A stretch of DNA of 63,995 nucleotides, counting the filler, from Basidioascus undulatus (taxonomy: Eukaryota): the NCBI GenBank assembly GCA_000826855.1. It is 9 parts of 9 records of this genome, joined end to end, with 100 filler letters (N's around TTAATTAATTAA, not from the genome) between each part and the next. Parts side by side here need not be neighbours in the genome. Positions count along the whole stretch, not along the records: positions 35,483 to 40,228 come from JTLS01002084.1; positions 40,329 to 45,070 come from JTLS01002085.1; positions 45,171 to 49,904 come from JTLS01002086.1; 6 more parts are not named here. One strand, written 5' to 3'. Shown here piece after piece: positions 38,466 through 50,004 of the stretch. Made by a program: the position numbers and the translations under genes. The notes beneath the pieces were generated by a model. The model was not told the DNA's origin. It saw only the letters and a program-made list of their open reading frames with translations, and ran no database searches. How positions within the stretch are numbered: the stretch's first letter is position 1; each line of letters begins with the position of its first letter.

Positions 38466-39116
38466 CTATTTTTGTTTTATTGTGATAACTATAGCACCTA
38501 CCATACCTAATAGTAAAATAATAGAAGTAACAATTAATCACATAGAATAACTAGTATACATAATATTACCTATACTAGCTATATGTGTTGGTTCTATTAG
38601 TGAATTATCTCAACCTTTACTACTTGCATAACCAATTTGTTGTTTTAAATCAACTATATTAAACAATTCATTATCTAATTCTACATTATATATATCAGAG
38701 TATGAATTAGATAAATAAGAAACAATACTATTTTCTGTAAAATTTAGAGGTAATACTTGTGCCATTATATAATAAAAAATAATAATAGTTAAACCAGCTA
38801 AAGGTAAGTCATTATTAGTATCATTAAATAATTCAGAAACTCTAATGTTAATTAACATTAAAATAAATAAAAATAAAATAGAAACAGCACCTACATAAAC
38901 TAATATATAAGCTAATCCTATAAAATTATATCCTACTAAAATTAATAAACCTGCAACATTAACAAACAAACCTATTAAAAATAAAACAGATACTACAGGA
39001 TTTCTACTACTTATAGTAAGTATACCTAATAAAATAGATACTAAATAAATAATATCTACAAATTCTATTCTAAATCCATTAGTAATAGAATCATTTAATA
39101 AAAATATATTATTCAT
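38466..39116 (-). CDS. nad6: NADH dehydrogenase subunit 6 (mitochondrial, code 4)
   Basis: 651-nt ORF through the TGA at 38610: NPVVSVLFLIGLF...LVYVGAVSILFLFILMLI...IGNIMYTSY...LLLGMVGAIVIT. Confidence 0.95.
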
Positions 39117-39192
39117 AATAAAAAAACTAAATCTATTAACATATTATACAAATAATAATAAATGTCTAGATAGGAATAGATAAAGATCTAAT

Positions 39193-39277
39193 TAGGGAGA
39201 AAAGGAATCGAACCTTCGATAGCTTATAGCTATTGAGTTTACAGCTCAACCCGTTAACCAGCTTACGGGACCTCCCT
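39193..39277 (-). tRNA. trnY: mt tRNA-Tyr(GTA)
   Basis: TTGAG-CT GTA AA-CTCAA anticodon arm, long variable arm. Confidence 0.9.
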
Positions 39278-39374
39278 ATTTGATATATATATATATTTAA
39301 TCTTTAACTGGAATTGAACCAATTTATTATATACCTATATTTTGATTTGATAATATATATACTATTATTTTTTT

Positions 39375-40228
39375 TTTAAATTTTATACTCCCCGTGCAAT
39401 TTCCATTACACGAACCTTATTTCGACTTAACACCAATCAAAGTTTTGCATACGAAAACTATCCTGCATATTTATATATCATAAATATATATAATTTTACA
39501 CAGAAAAAATCAAACTTACTGCATCTTCTTTTTTCAGCGCCTGACGAGTGGTTAGTACCTAACTAAGATAAAATTCACCGTGACGTTGGTGATTCACGAT
39601 TACTAGTAATTCCTTTTTCATGTAGTCGAGTTACAGACTACAATCCATATTATTTCCTTTTTTGGGGATTAGCTCCATTTCACAATATCGCATCCCGTTG
39701 TAAAGGCGTATGTGGCACGTCTATAGCCCACAGCATTAAGGCCATAATGACTTGTCTTAATCCCTTTTATCTGGTCCGATGTAGTAGCGAACCACTTTAT
39801 ATAAACAAATAAAGTGAGGGTTTTCGTTAATTAAAGGAATTAACCAAATCTCACGACATTAACTAAAGACAGCCATGCAGCGCTTGTAACAATTTTTTAT
39901 AATCTGCTATACAAGCTGTGGTAAGGTTTTTCGCGGATCATCGAATTAAATAACATACTTCACTACTGGTTTTAGAAACGGTCTAATGATTTCAGTTTAT
40001 ATGTTGCCATAGTACTCTTGAGGTGGAATGCTTACACTTTCGTTTATACATTAAATATATATCTAATGTATGACATTCATCATTGTCTGCTTGGACTATT
40101 AGGGTATCTAATCCTGTTTGCTACCCAAGCCTTCGTCTCTCAACGTCAGTTATTACATAGAAGGACGCCTTCGCCGTTGACAGTCCTCCTGGTATCATCA
40201 AATTTTATCTCTACTCCAGAAATTCTTC
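39375..40228 (-). rRNA. rns: Mitochondrial small-subunit rRNA, 3' portion (3' end approximate)
   Basis: Minus-strand SSU motifs AACAGGATTAGATACCC, TTAATTCGATGATCCGCG, GCTGCATGGCTGTC, GTCGTGAGAT, GTGTTAAGTCGAAATAAGGTTCG. Confidence 0.95.
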
Positions 40229-41008
40229 NNNNNNNNNNNNNNNNNNNNNNNNNNNNNNNNNNNNNNNNNNNNTTAATTAATTAANNNNNNNNNNNNNNNN
40301 NNNNNNNNNNNNNNNNNNNNNNNNNNNNTGTCCTATTGTCCTCCTGTTCACCTCCTCGCCTTCCTTTGTCCCTTCCAACTCCCTTTTACCCTCCAGCTGC
40401 CTCCCCTATCTCCCCGGCTCCCTATTTCTGCCCCTCCTCCTCACCCATCTCCCAGGCAGCCCAACGCCCAGGGTTACCGCACCTCCCCACCCCCACGCTC
40501 CCGCCCGGCCCCCACGCGCGAGCAGTTCCAGAACAAGAGGGCACAACAGAGGTAAGCGATGTAGCGTGGCGCGGGGACGCAGCAAAAGAGGAGGGGGAGG
40601 ATGTCCATTTGCTGGCTTGGGTTGTGTATGCGGTTCTGGGGATCTGGCCCTGGGTGGATGGGGTGGAATTGGGTTGGGAGAGGTTCATTGAAAAAGGAGA
40701 GATATGTGAATGTGAGATAAAGGTGGGCGTGCGGGTGGGTCCCCGGAGAGTTACGCTGAGTCGGAGTGTCGGACACGTTGCAGCGGCGGCAGCCGCGGCG
40801 TCGACGCAGTGGACGCCGCGGGCGGGGGCCGGGGAAGGGCTGAAGGAGCATTAAACGGCAGGCATGTGAAATTCCACATCGAAGCGCGCCGTCAGTTATC
40901 GTGCTTTGTGATCGTGCTTTGTGATCTGAATTCCGGATGTGGAAGAGAGAGAGTGTGCGAGCTGTTTGGCGATTTGGAGTGTTGGATGGATGGGCATGGG
41001 ATGGGCAG

Positions 41009-41591
41009 AGCGACAAGTTCCCGGGCTTGCTGGGGCTTGTTAATGCCTACTTGGACACGCTGGAGGCGAGCGAGAAGACGCTGAGGGAGCTGCGGAAATA
41101 TCTGGATCTCATTAAGGGGAGGGCGGACGGTCAGTCGTCTTCTTCGTTCCTCTCTATCCCCAACTCGTCCATCCTTCCCTTGCCGTGGACGAGGTGTTGA
41201 CGTTGGTGGTGGGTGCAGGAACGTACGAGACGACCGCCACGTGGATACGCAAGTTTGTGCGCTCGCACCCTGCGTACGCGCACGACTCTGTCGTGAGCCA
41301 GGAGATCAACTACGATCTGTGTGTAGCACTAGACGAGATGTGCGTCCCCCATCTCCTCATTCCTCTCTCTCCACGCTCCCCATGCTGAGTCTTCTGTCCC
41401 CACGCCGGACCAGCGAGCGCGGCGTCCGCCCCGCGCCGACACTCCTCCCGCCAACGTACCTTGGCTCTTCGCGCGCGCGCGACCCCGAGCTCGTCGAGCT
41501 CTGCGCGAGTAGCACGCCGGGGCACACGCCCACGCCGGAGGCGCCCCGCACGCCGCGCGCACCGGAGATCGTCAACCCCGCCCTTGCTTGA
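41009..41591 (+). CDS. GSH1: Glutamate-cysteine ligase catalytic subunit, last three exons only
   Basis: FPGLLGLVNAYLDTL...YLDLIKGRADG...TTATWIRKFVRSHPAYAHDSVVSQEINYDL. Confidence 0.9.
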
Positions 41592-42283
41592 CCTCGCTCC
41601 CCGCCCTCTCTCTCACCCTATCATATCCTCGCTTCTCTTGCATGTTATTTCCGTTCCTCGTTTCCCTTTTTTGTTCTGAGTGGGTTCGTCTAGATCTGCT
41701 TGCGCTTGATACGCACTTGCTTGCTGGCCTTTTTTCCTGTGCGTTCGTTTCTCTTCGCTTCTGCTCCCCGGCGTACCGGTAGATGGGTCATTTGATCGTG
41801 TTCCCTTATCATTCTTTTTTTTTCTGTTCGGCTTGCTTCGGGGGTTGCATGCGCGATGATGATGGATGATGTTCACGACAAACCCTCGTTCGTAGACGTT
41901 GGCGCATTGTCACAGGCTTGTGAAAGCCCTCAACCCTGGAGAGCTGACTCCTTGTGCTGATGTAAAAATACGGACCAGGCAGCTTGCTTTACACCCAGTC
42001 TTTCTTTTGCCAGAGGTGCAGCCACTCGTTCTTGTCGGAAGCCCACATGTCGTCCAGGACAAGGCAACTTGTCCTATGCTTACTATGTACGTCGCCATGC
42101 CGACACTTTGCACGACATCCTTGAAATTCAAATCGAAGTTTCAGCGAAAATCGTCATCAGAGTCCGCCCCGCTCCGTGAATCCACAAACTGCATCCGCCG
42201 CTCTGGCTGCACAGCGCACACATTGTTTGGCTTTCACCTCGATATCGTCTCCTCCATTCACGCATCTGGCCTACGCAGTTATC

Positions 42284-43457
42284 ATGAACCCCTCATCTCT
42301 CCCTCCAGAGATATGGGTCCGGATCTTTGAACTCATTATCGGCAACATCCACGTCCGTGGCAAGTTGGCGGCAGAGCGAAGCGTCAGCGCGCTTTCACTT
42401 GTGTGCCGGTACTGGACCGTGAGTTGCTCCTCTCAAACCCTTTGCAAAACGATGGCGAAATATGACCGCGTGCCCTTTCTCTACAGCTACTCTTGGAGCA
42501 GAGCCGCTACCGCTCCATCGAGCTCAAACGGGCGAACTCGATCGAGAAGTTCGACCAGATCCAGACGCAGCTGGAACGCTTCAGGCGTCGGCCGCTCAGC
42601 CACACCCGCACGCTCTGCGCATCCCACTACCCCGAGACCCCCATTTTCTCCTTCGATCAGACCCGGCTGCCGCACATTCTCTCTCTCACTACCCAGCTCA
42701 TCGAGGCCAGCTTCGTCGCGGTAACTGTGGGGCCTCGCACTCTCGACGCACTCACCACGCCGCACGCTTCCACACTCACCCACCTCAACATCACCGTCAA
42801 CGCCCTCCTTCCCGAGAGTATGGACACTGTGGGCCGTCTCACTGAGCTGCAGGAGCTCACGCTCCGAGTCCACATCATGACGTGCCGCAAGCCGTCTTCG
42901 CGAACGCCGTGCCTTGGGTGCTCGCGAGACTGCATCGGCTCAAGATCGCGAGTTTCGTGGAGTGGGCGGACCCCGAGCTCCTCCTCCATCTCTCGAGTTG
43001 CAGCTTCCCCGCCCTAGAAGAGATTCTCTTTCACATCATCCAGTTCCCGATGTTCGCCATTCGGCGGTTCTTCGTCTCTCACGGTGCGCGGCTGCGGCAC
43101 GTCTCGGCCTTCTTCACGGACGAAGGCATCCTCCCGGACGTCCTGCCCTTTTGCACCGGTGCTCGATCGCTCTGGATTCCGCTAAAGACGATAGGCAACA
43201 TCGAGAAGCTCGTCGATGCCCTTCCACCCTCCCTCGGACAAATCCACTTGCACTTGTTCCACTACAGCCAGACGGACATTTTGCTGGCGGCGATGAAGGC
43301 GATCTTTCGAAGGGGGCTACCGGAACTACTTTGCCTGGACTTGCCGTTAACGAGGGGAGAGCTGTCACACCATGCTGCGATTAGGGCGACTGCGAGGAAA
43401 CTCGGTAGTTCTGGGATCGCGGTGGTGTACGAGAAAGACGTGAATGTTGAGGAGTGA
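42284..43457 (+). pseudogene. F-box/LRR-like protein with a single frameshift (~42875)
   Basis: SLPPEIWVRIF...LSLVCRYW, intron 42419-42486, LRR-like LTHLNI, LTELQELTL, LHRLKI, FPALEEI; reading frame changes at CACATCATGAC with no intron to explain it. Confidence 0.65.
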
Positions 43458-44244
43458 CGGATTTGATGTATTTTCTAATGCTTAATATTCGGCTGTAGAG
43501 TACAACCTGTTCGTCGAATGCATTGATTAGCAGGATTGCCAGTTGAGTCGATGCAGGGAGAATGAACCGGAGTTGCGGCTGCAAACGCGCTTGGACAGGT
43601 CAAAATGCTGCATCTGTGGTTTTACTTAAGCATGTGCCATACTGGCAAGGGGCTTGAGAGCTCTGACTGGGACTTTTAGTAGCTGGTAAAGGGATGCCTT
43701 TAACCAGCGCTGCGAGAACCGTTCATGCTGTCTGCCCTCATAGCTCGTACTTGTGGGTAGCCAGCTAGTTCATTCATTTAGCTCCTGCTAGAATCTTCAA
43801 ATTCTATCACTGAGTATATCCTATGCCTACCCTATGTTGGGTTTTCCGTCCTAAAGTCCGACTCACGGCGGCGCCACAGCAGGCCAGACATTTGGACCTA
43901 TAGCAGTGATGGACCGCTTCCTAGGATGTTTGAGCAGCAATCATAGAGTACCACCAAGCACGAGCTATAATACGTGAAGAACGCGTCTTGATCAGTGCAG
44001 TGTGTTGCTTGACGGCTCGAAAGACCGCCTGGCAGACCGTTCCATGTAAAGTCTTATGCATCGTAACAGCGTTGAATCCAGAAAGCCCAGAAGAAGGACA
44101 AACAGTGGCAGACCAGTATTACAAGGTAGGATTTGGGTGAGGGTATGTTTCGGTAGACGTTCCGCGTGATAGTCCACAGGCAAAGAATCCCGCAGTGCAA
44201 GGGAAGAAAGAAAGGAAGAAAAGGGGGTCGCAGCGCAACTCCGT

Positions 44245-45000
44245 TCAGTGCACGGATGACTGCTCGGACGGCGAATCCTTGATGACGGGCTCAACGGTGG
44301 GCGTCTTCTCGGCGGAGTCGGTGGTCGCCTCAGGGTCCGTGTCGGCCAGAATGAGGCCCATCCGGCTTGTGTCGTAACCGTGGGCTTCGAGGTACTCGCG
44401 GAACTACGTTTGTAAGAAGAAGAATATGAGCATTCGATTTTTGTAACGGATAAGCGTTCGAGTGCAGGGCTCACCTTGCGATCCTCCTCAATCATGCCAT
44501 CGGGAGTTGGGTTGGGGATAAAGAAGAGGGTAGCTACGGCAGCAAGCAGACTGAGCGCAGAGCCGATGTAAACGGGCACCTGCGCAGACGAGTAGCTAAT
44601 GTCAGTCCTTCGGGATTTCATATTGCCAGGAATAGAATGAGAGCACCTACTTGGTAGCCAAGCGTTGGGCTCTGTGCGCTGTACTTGTCGATGATCGGCT
44701 GGTACACGTCTGGCCCAAAACCTTAAGATGAGCACACGGACACGAAGAATTAGAAGAAATGTAGCTTAAAAGTCCCCACGAAAGCTCCCACTTTGCCGAT
44801 AGCTGCAAGCGCAAGAGATGAATCAACTGAGCGTTGATCCGTATGGACAAGTGTCGCCGCAACGCACCAGCGCAGATGCTGTAGAAAATACCACGAACGG
44901 CCGTCGGGCCGGAGACCTTCGCCGCAAGAAGTCCAAGGTTGTTGCCCGGTCCGAACTCTCCAAAAGTGAGGTAGACTGTCGAGCCCCTTGTGGTCAGATA
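44245..45000 (-). CDS. MFS permease, Git1 (glycerophosphodiester)/phosphate transporter-like, 5' end truncated
   Basis: [14 protein letters not shown]...[23 protein letters not shown]...[20 protein letters not shown]. Confidence 0.88.
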
Positions 45001-45649
45001 TGTCGTCTTGGGAAACGAAGAAATTGCTGATTCGATCGGCGAAACTGTGATGACAATGATCGACACGAACNNNNNNNNNNNNNNNNNNNNNNNNNNNNNN
45101 NNNNNNNNNNNNNNTTAATTAATTAANNNNNNNNNNNNNNNNNNNNNNNNNNNNNNNNNNNNNNNNNNNNTCGTCGTGGGAGCTGCGCTACTGAATGCTC
45201 GAGTGGGGAGAACAAGAGGGCAGGTCTCCTTTTTTCCATCCATCGGTCCTCTCACAGCCTCGTGTGTCTTACCTGTCAGGCACAGACCCTCACCTCATAC
45301 AAGTACTTCAGAACGCAAGGTTCATGGTTGGCATCCAGATAGCCCCGCATTCAATTTAATACCATATATAGGTAAGAGAACTCCCGGAAAGTGCCAAGCA
45401 ACGCCAGGTGAACCGATAAAAGACCACGTGAAATAAATAACTTGAAAGCGTTGCGCTGCCGTAGTTGTCGTCTTCTGTTTCCTCGAAAGGCGGGGAAGGA
45501 CATAGCTGAACATCCGATTTTCGCAGCATGGGCCGAAGGTATTCTTCCATGCGTTTCGTGCAAGTAGTCCCCGTACCTTGGTTGACAGTTACGGACAGGC
45601 GAACCCCACCATGCACAGCGCAAGATCTTGTCGCCGGTCTTCTCGTACG

Positions 45650-47512
45650 CTTGCAATCTTCAGTTGACCGGTCAAATTGCAGTTCTGTCATTGTTCGGTT
45701 CGTAGGCCAGCGCCTGTCAAGAACATGTCTCCCGTTTTCTACGACATCGCCGACAAGGTGCGTCGGTCTTCGAGCGAACCCCTCCACGCTCCGCTGACAT
45801 TGGAATGCAGCTTGTTAGGCGCTGGGACGACCTCCTTGCTTCGGAGCCTGACGGCAAGGTCATCGACGCCGCCGAGTGGATGACCAAGGCCTCGTGGGTT
45901 GTTTCATTCTACCATTGCCTGCATAGACTGGAAACTGAGAGCATTGCTGCGGTCCAGCTGGATGTCATCGGCCGCGCCGGATTTGGGTGGGAGTTCGAGT
46001 CCCTTGATGGAAAGCAAGGCCACTTGGCGAAACTCATGGAACTGGTACATCCTCACAACTCCAAATGTTTTCCCGCCTGCGCCGTCTCAGATGTCCCCCT
46101 TTCCACCAGGTCAACGAAGGCGAGATCGGTTTCGGTCCCTTCCTCGCTTTCCTCGGAGCGCGGGCGTTCCCCTGGCTCACCGCGCTGCCGATCGAGGCTG
46201 TCGAGCTGCGCTGCAGAAGGCTGTTCCCCGTGCGCTCAAGCCCATCCCGGAGACTATGATTGCTGCTGCACGCGCCGGCACACACGAGGAGGTCAGAAGG
46301 GGAAGGACGTGTTGAGCGTGCTTGATGAGTGGTCTTGCCGGGTTTAAAGTGAAGACGAGGAAGCTCTACTGACTTCGGTACTTCCCTTTTCAGTCAAAGA
46401 AAGCGACCGGTCCGAAGCCGGAAATGGACGAGACAAGCTGGTATTATCGATTTGCAGCATCCCCTGAACGTCCACCGTGCGCTGAACAGCCTTCTGCAGA
46501 TTGGCAACATCACCACTGTCACGCCGGACACGACACGTTCGTCTTCTCTTCCATACCCCCTAACCCTAAACGCCTTTATATTACAAACCATCTCATCATG
46601 CCTTCAAACATTTCAGTTCCGCCGGCGTCCTCACCTGGCTCCTGCACCACCTCGCGCACGCTCCCTAGGGTCCAAAAGCGCCTGCGCGAGGAGCTGCTCG
46701 CCTCTGGACCCGACATGCCTGCCGTCGACGAGCTGGGCTCCGCGACGCGCTTCCCTTACCTCGAAGCGGTGTTGAGGGAGGCGCTCAGGCTTCACCCGCC
46801 GACGCCGCAGTTCTTCCGGACGATGCTAAGGTGCGGGGAGGAAGTAGGAAGACGTAAGAGTTTTTGGATGCTAAAGGAGAATGGAAATATAACAGGACAC
46901 CTCGGTTCCTCTGACGAAGCCGATCCGCATGCCTGGCGGGAAGCTCGTGGATCAGGTCGTCGTGCCGGCCGGTGTGGTTCGTTATCTTCCCCTGCTTTAC
47001 ATAGTAGGCCCTAGATATTACTGAACCTTGATTTCAGCCCATCCAGTATCAATGACCACCGTCTAAGTACGTGCCCCACCTTCCTCTCCAGCGCTTTGCA
47101 GACTGTTGAACGTCCTCACCTCCCGTTCCAGCACCGCCACCTCCCTCTGGGGCCCGAACGGAAACGAGTTCGACCCCTAGCGGTGGATCAAGCCTGAGGG
47201 TATTCCTGAGGCCGCTCGGGGTACTTCTGGCGTGTGGGGCGGATCGACAACTTTAGGGGACAGGTGCTGGCACTGCGAAAGTCTTTCTGCAGCGACTCCG
47301 TCTTTTCTTGGCTGGTCGATTTTATTCCCTTCGTGAAGACTGGCTACCGCTTCGGTAAGTCCCTGCTCGATTTTACGTCGTTAAGGAGGCAAAGCCGCTA
47401 AAGAATTGAACTCTCCAGCTCTTCTGGAACTCCGCGTCCTGATCGTCGCCATCGTCCGGAACTTCAGCCTGTCGCCGCCCAGGGACTAAGGAGTCGACCT
47501 TGAGTTCCTGTA
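45650..47512 (+). pseudogene. Cytochrome P450, disrupted
   Basis: LDVIGRAGFG; GKDVLSVL; VQKRLREEL; FPYLEAVLREALRLHPP (ExxR); WGPNGNEFDP*RW (PERW with TAG at 47178); no intact FxxGxxxC heme motif; several frameshifts. Confidence 0.85.
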
Positions 47513-49174
47513 AGCCATCTCTACCAGGCTCTCTGTTGAACAATATGGCTGATTGATCGGCATGTTCCAATACGCAGCTTCTCCACCTCTGGCCTCCTCA
47601 AGGCCCGCGTTCGCAGCGCGTATGACTTCCGGGTGCCTGTCAAGATCCAGAAGTTGGCTTGAGCAGCTGCCTTGGCGCTTGTTTGAGAAATGGGGAGCTT
47701 TCGTATCATGTGGCCATGGAGATTTTCTAGGTGGTGCTAGTGGAATAGAAAGCGTCTTCTTGCGGTTGTACGTCCTGTTGCACGGTTGCGGAACCGATGC
47801 TGCAGGCATCGGTGGGTTCCCATTACGCTTGTAGAAAGTGAAACTCTTGTCCACTGTCCAGTTGAAGCCTGGTTTTGGAACTTAGTTGAAGAGGGTTTGA
47901 AAGTAGTTGTCAGCGCAGTGCCGAGAGCACCACTATGCTCTGTTCGCCACATGGTCTTTTTATACCATGGAACATCCAGTTGCATCAAGTCTCATTGATA
48001 TTTGCGTAGGAAGACCTCAAACTGCAGTTTGACTCGGTGAAATTGTCCTTGCTGTCAGACGCGAAGGAAGACAAGGAAGACAAGTTTCCGCGGATCTTCC
48101 CCGGCAGCTGTGGCGAGAATGGTGAGACGATGCCTTCGGACGACCTTTGCCTTCTTCCCCAACCATCATCACCGTCGCATCCATTCCCATGCTGACCATC
48201 GCAAGGCTGAAGTCCATACTCTCGGTATTTGATCGAATGCGAACCAAACCTCCGCTCATCTCAACTTTCGTGTATTGTCGACCGCTGGGGCCTTGGCGGT
48301 CGAGCTCATCGCATTTCCCTCCCAATCCCTTCTCATGCGGCTCAACATCGCCCTCTCCTCTCCCATCTCCCTCTTTTCCCCCACCTCCCCCCTCCCCTCC
48401 CCTCCGTTCCCTCTCCTCTGGTCTCCCCTGCTCCCACAAGGTGCCCATGGGTCCCAAGCTTCCCCTCCCATGCGTGGCGTATCACGGAGCGCATATCGAA
48501 GCAATCACATTCGCAGTTGTAGGCGGTGTGGCTCGCCCGGGCTGGCTTCGTCGCCGTCTTTAATGTACTGGGCGGGGGCATTCGCTGGTGGGTGGTGGAT
48601 TGGAAGCCAGGGACCTGGAAGGGTTTCTGGTGGGATGGGACTGCTACATTCGCATTGTTCGTTGTATCCGTCGTATGCATGACCTTCTCGGCGATCTCAG
48701 CGCCGTTCAATGTGAAGATCTCGTGAAGTCGCGGCGGTTGCTCTGCGTGCCCGAACGTACAGCTCTGCCACTCGTCATGCCCAGCAGCCGCGAGCTCCGC
48801 AGCTGCTGAACTTCTGCATCCTGGGCCCATGGTAAGACAGAGTCGGGCTTGGCTGGATGGAAAACGCTCAGCTAAGGCCAGCCTGTTGCGACCTCGTCTG
48901 CTCGTCTGTGTTCCGCAAACGCCAGAAGGTACTCCCGTGCACAAGAATGATCCTTGGAGTTGTGCCAGCGCACACTCGTGCTTTGAGCGGAACTTGAGCG
49001 GTTTCAGGGCAAGCGATGTGTCCTGGCAGGATTGGAACATTGCCGTATCCTCCAGCCCGTGGGAGATTGCTTAGTAGTCCATGCAGGCAGCAAATGCAAC
49101 GCGCTGCCAGCGTACAGACGGTACCTTTTCCTGAAGACACGCTAGACACGCTGTGTTTCCGCCGAAGTCCATCG

Positions 49175-49226
49175 CAGTGTATCCAACCACGCGCACGTTC
49201 CGGCAACCAACAAGAAGAACGTTCAA
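49175..49226 (+). repeat. Left arm of a perfect 52-bp inverted repeat
   Basis: CAGTGTATCCAACCACGCGCACGTTCCGGCAACCAACAAGAAGAACGTTCAA; exact reverse complement at 49853-49904. Confidence 0.97.
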
Positions 49227-49326
49227 GCGTCTTTATGGTATTGTCTACCAGCCCATCTTCTATCATTAGCATACCTCCCTCGCCCTTCACCCTGGTGCTC
49301 CCGTCCTACTTCTAAGCCCTTGCACT

Positions 49327-49852
49327 TCACTTCCCAAGCATCACCTCCTGCACCGCCCTGAGCACCTCCGCATGGACGTCCTTGTGCGCGACGATAACAC
49401 CCTGGTTGTTCTTGAGCGTGCGGCCGAGTGAAAAGTCGAGCAACGCGCCGTGCAGGTCTGTCACTTTCCCGCCTGCCTCGGAGACGAGGAGGCGGCCGGG
49501 GGCGTGGTCCTGTCGCCACGCAAGAGAATGCATCAGTACTTGGTGAAGGGAAGGAAGGTGGAGAGGAAGAGGGGGAGGAAGAAGGTAGGAAAGAGACCAC
49601 GCACCCAGATCTTCTCCTCATACCCCTTGCCCACCGGCAGCCTCAAATAGACATCCCCATCCCCGCGGGAGACTGAGCAGTACTTGGCCTGGCTGTCCAT
49701 GCGCACGGGCGGGCGCGTGATGCCCAGCTTGGCCGCGATCGCCGCGGCGTCGCCCTGCGAAGAGTGCCCGGCTTCGACAGACTCGCAGAAGGATGCTTGC
49801 CCGAGGAGGGAGGGGGTGAGGGGGTTGAAGCGGATTGGAAGGAGGGGGGCGG
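49327..49852 (-). CDS. MET22: 3'(2'),5'-bisphosphate nucleotidase, 3' fragment broken within an exon
   Basis: SFCESVEAGHSS...RMDSQAKYCSVSRGDGDVYLRLP...YEEKIW|DHAPGRLLVSEAGGKVTD..G..LDFSLGRTLKNNQGVI. Confidence 0.92.
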
Positions 49853-49904
49853 TTGAACGTTCTTCTTGTTGGTTGCCGGAACGTGCGCGTGGTTGGATAC
49901 ACTG
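49853..49904 (-). repeat. Right arm of the 52-bp inverted repeat, running to the contig end
   Basis: Exact reverse complement of 49175-49226. Confidence 0.97.
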
Positions 49905-50004
49905 NNNNNNNNNNNNNNNNNNNNNNNNNNNNNNNNNNNNNNNNNNNNTTAATTAATTAANNNNNNNNNNNNNNNNNNNNNNNNNNNNNNNNNNNNNNNN
50001 NNNN

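Noticed and set aside
37744..39116. Apparently truncated cox3 and nad6 in the ORF track, suggesting NUMT pseudogenes
   Set aside because: The breaks are TGA codons at conserved Trp positions; both genes are full length under code 4 and trnW(TCA) is present.
29208..47512. Apparent metabolic cluster (acetyltransferase, Zn2Cys6 TF, MFS transporter, P450)
   Set aside because: Each gene lies on a different unlinked contig.
47520..49170. Several medium ORFs next to the inverted repeat, a possible transposase
   Set aside because: No DDE, RT, integrase or other recognisable motif in any frame I could read.
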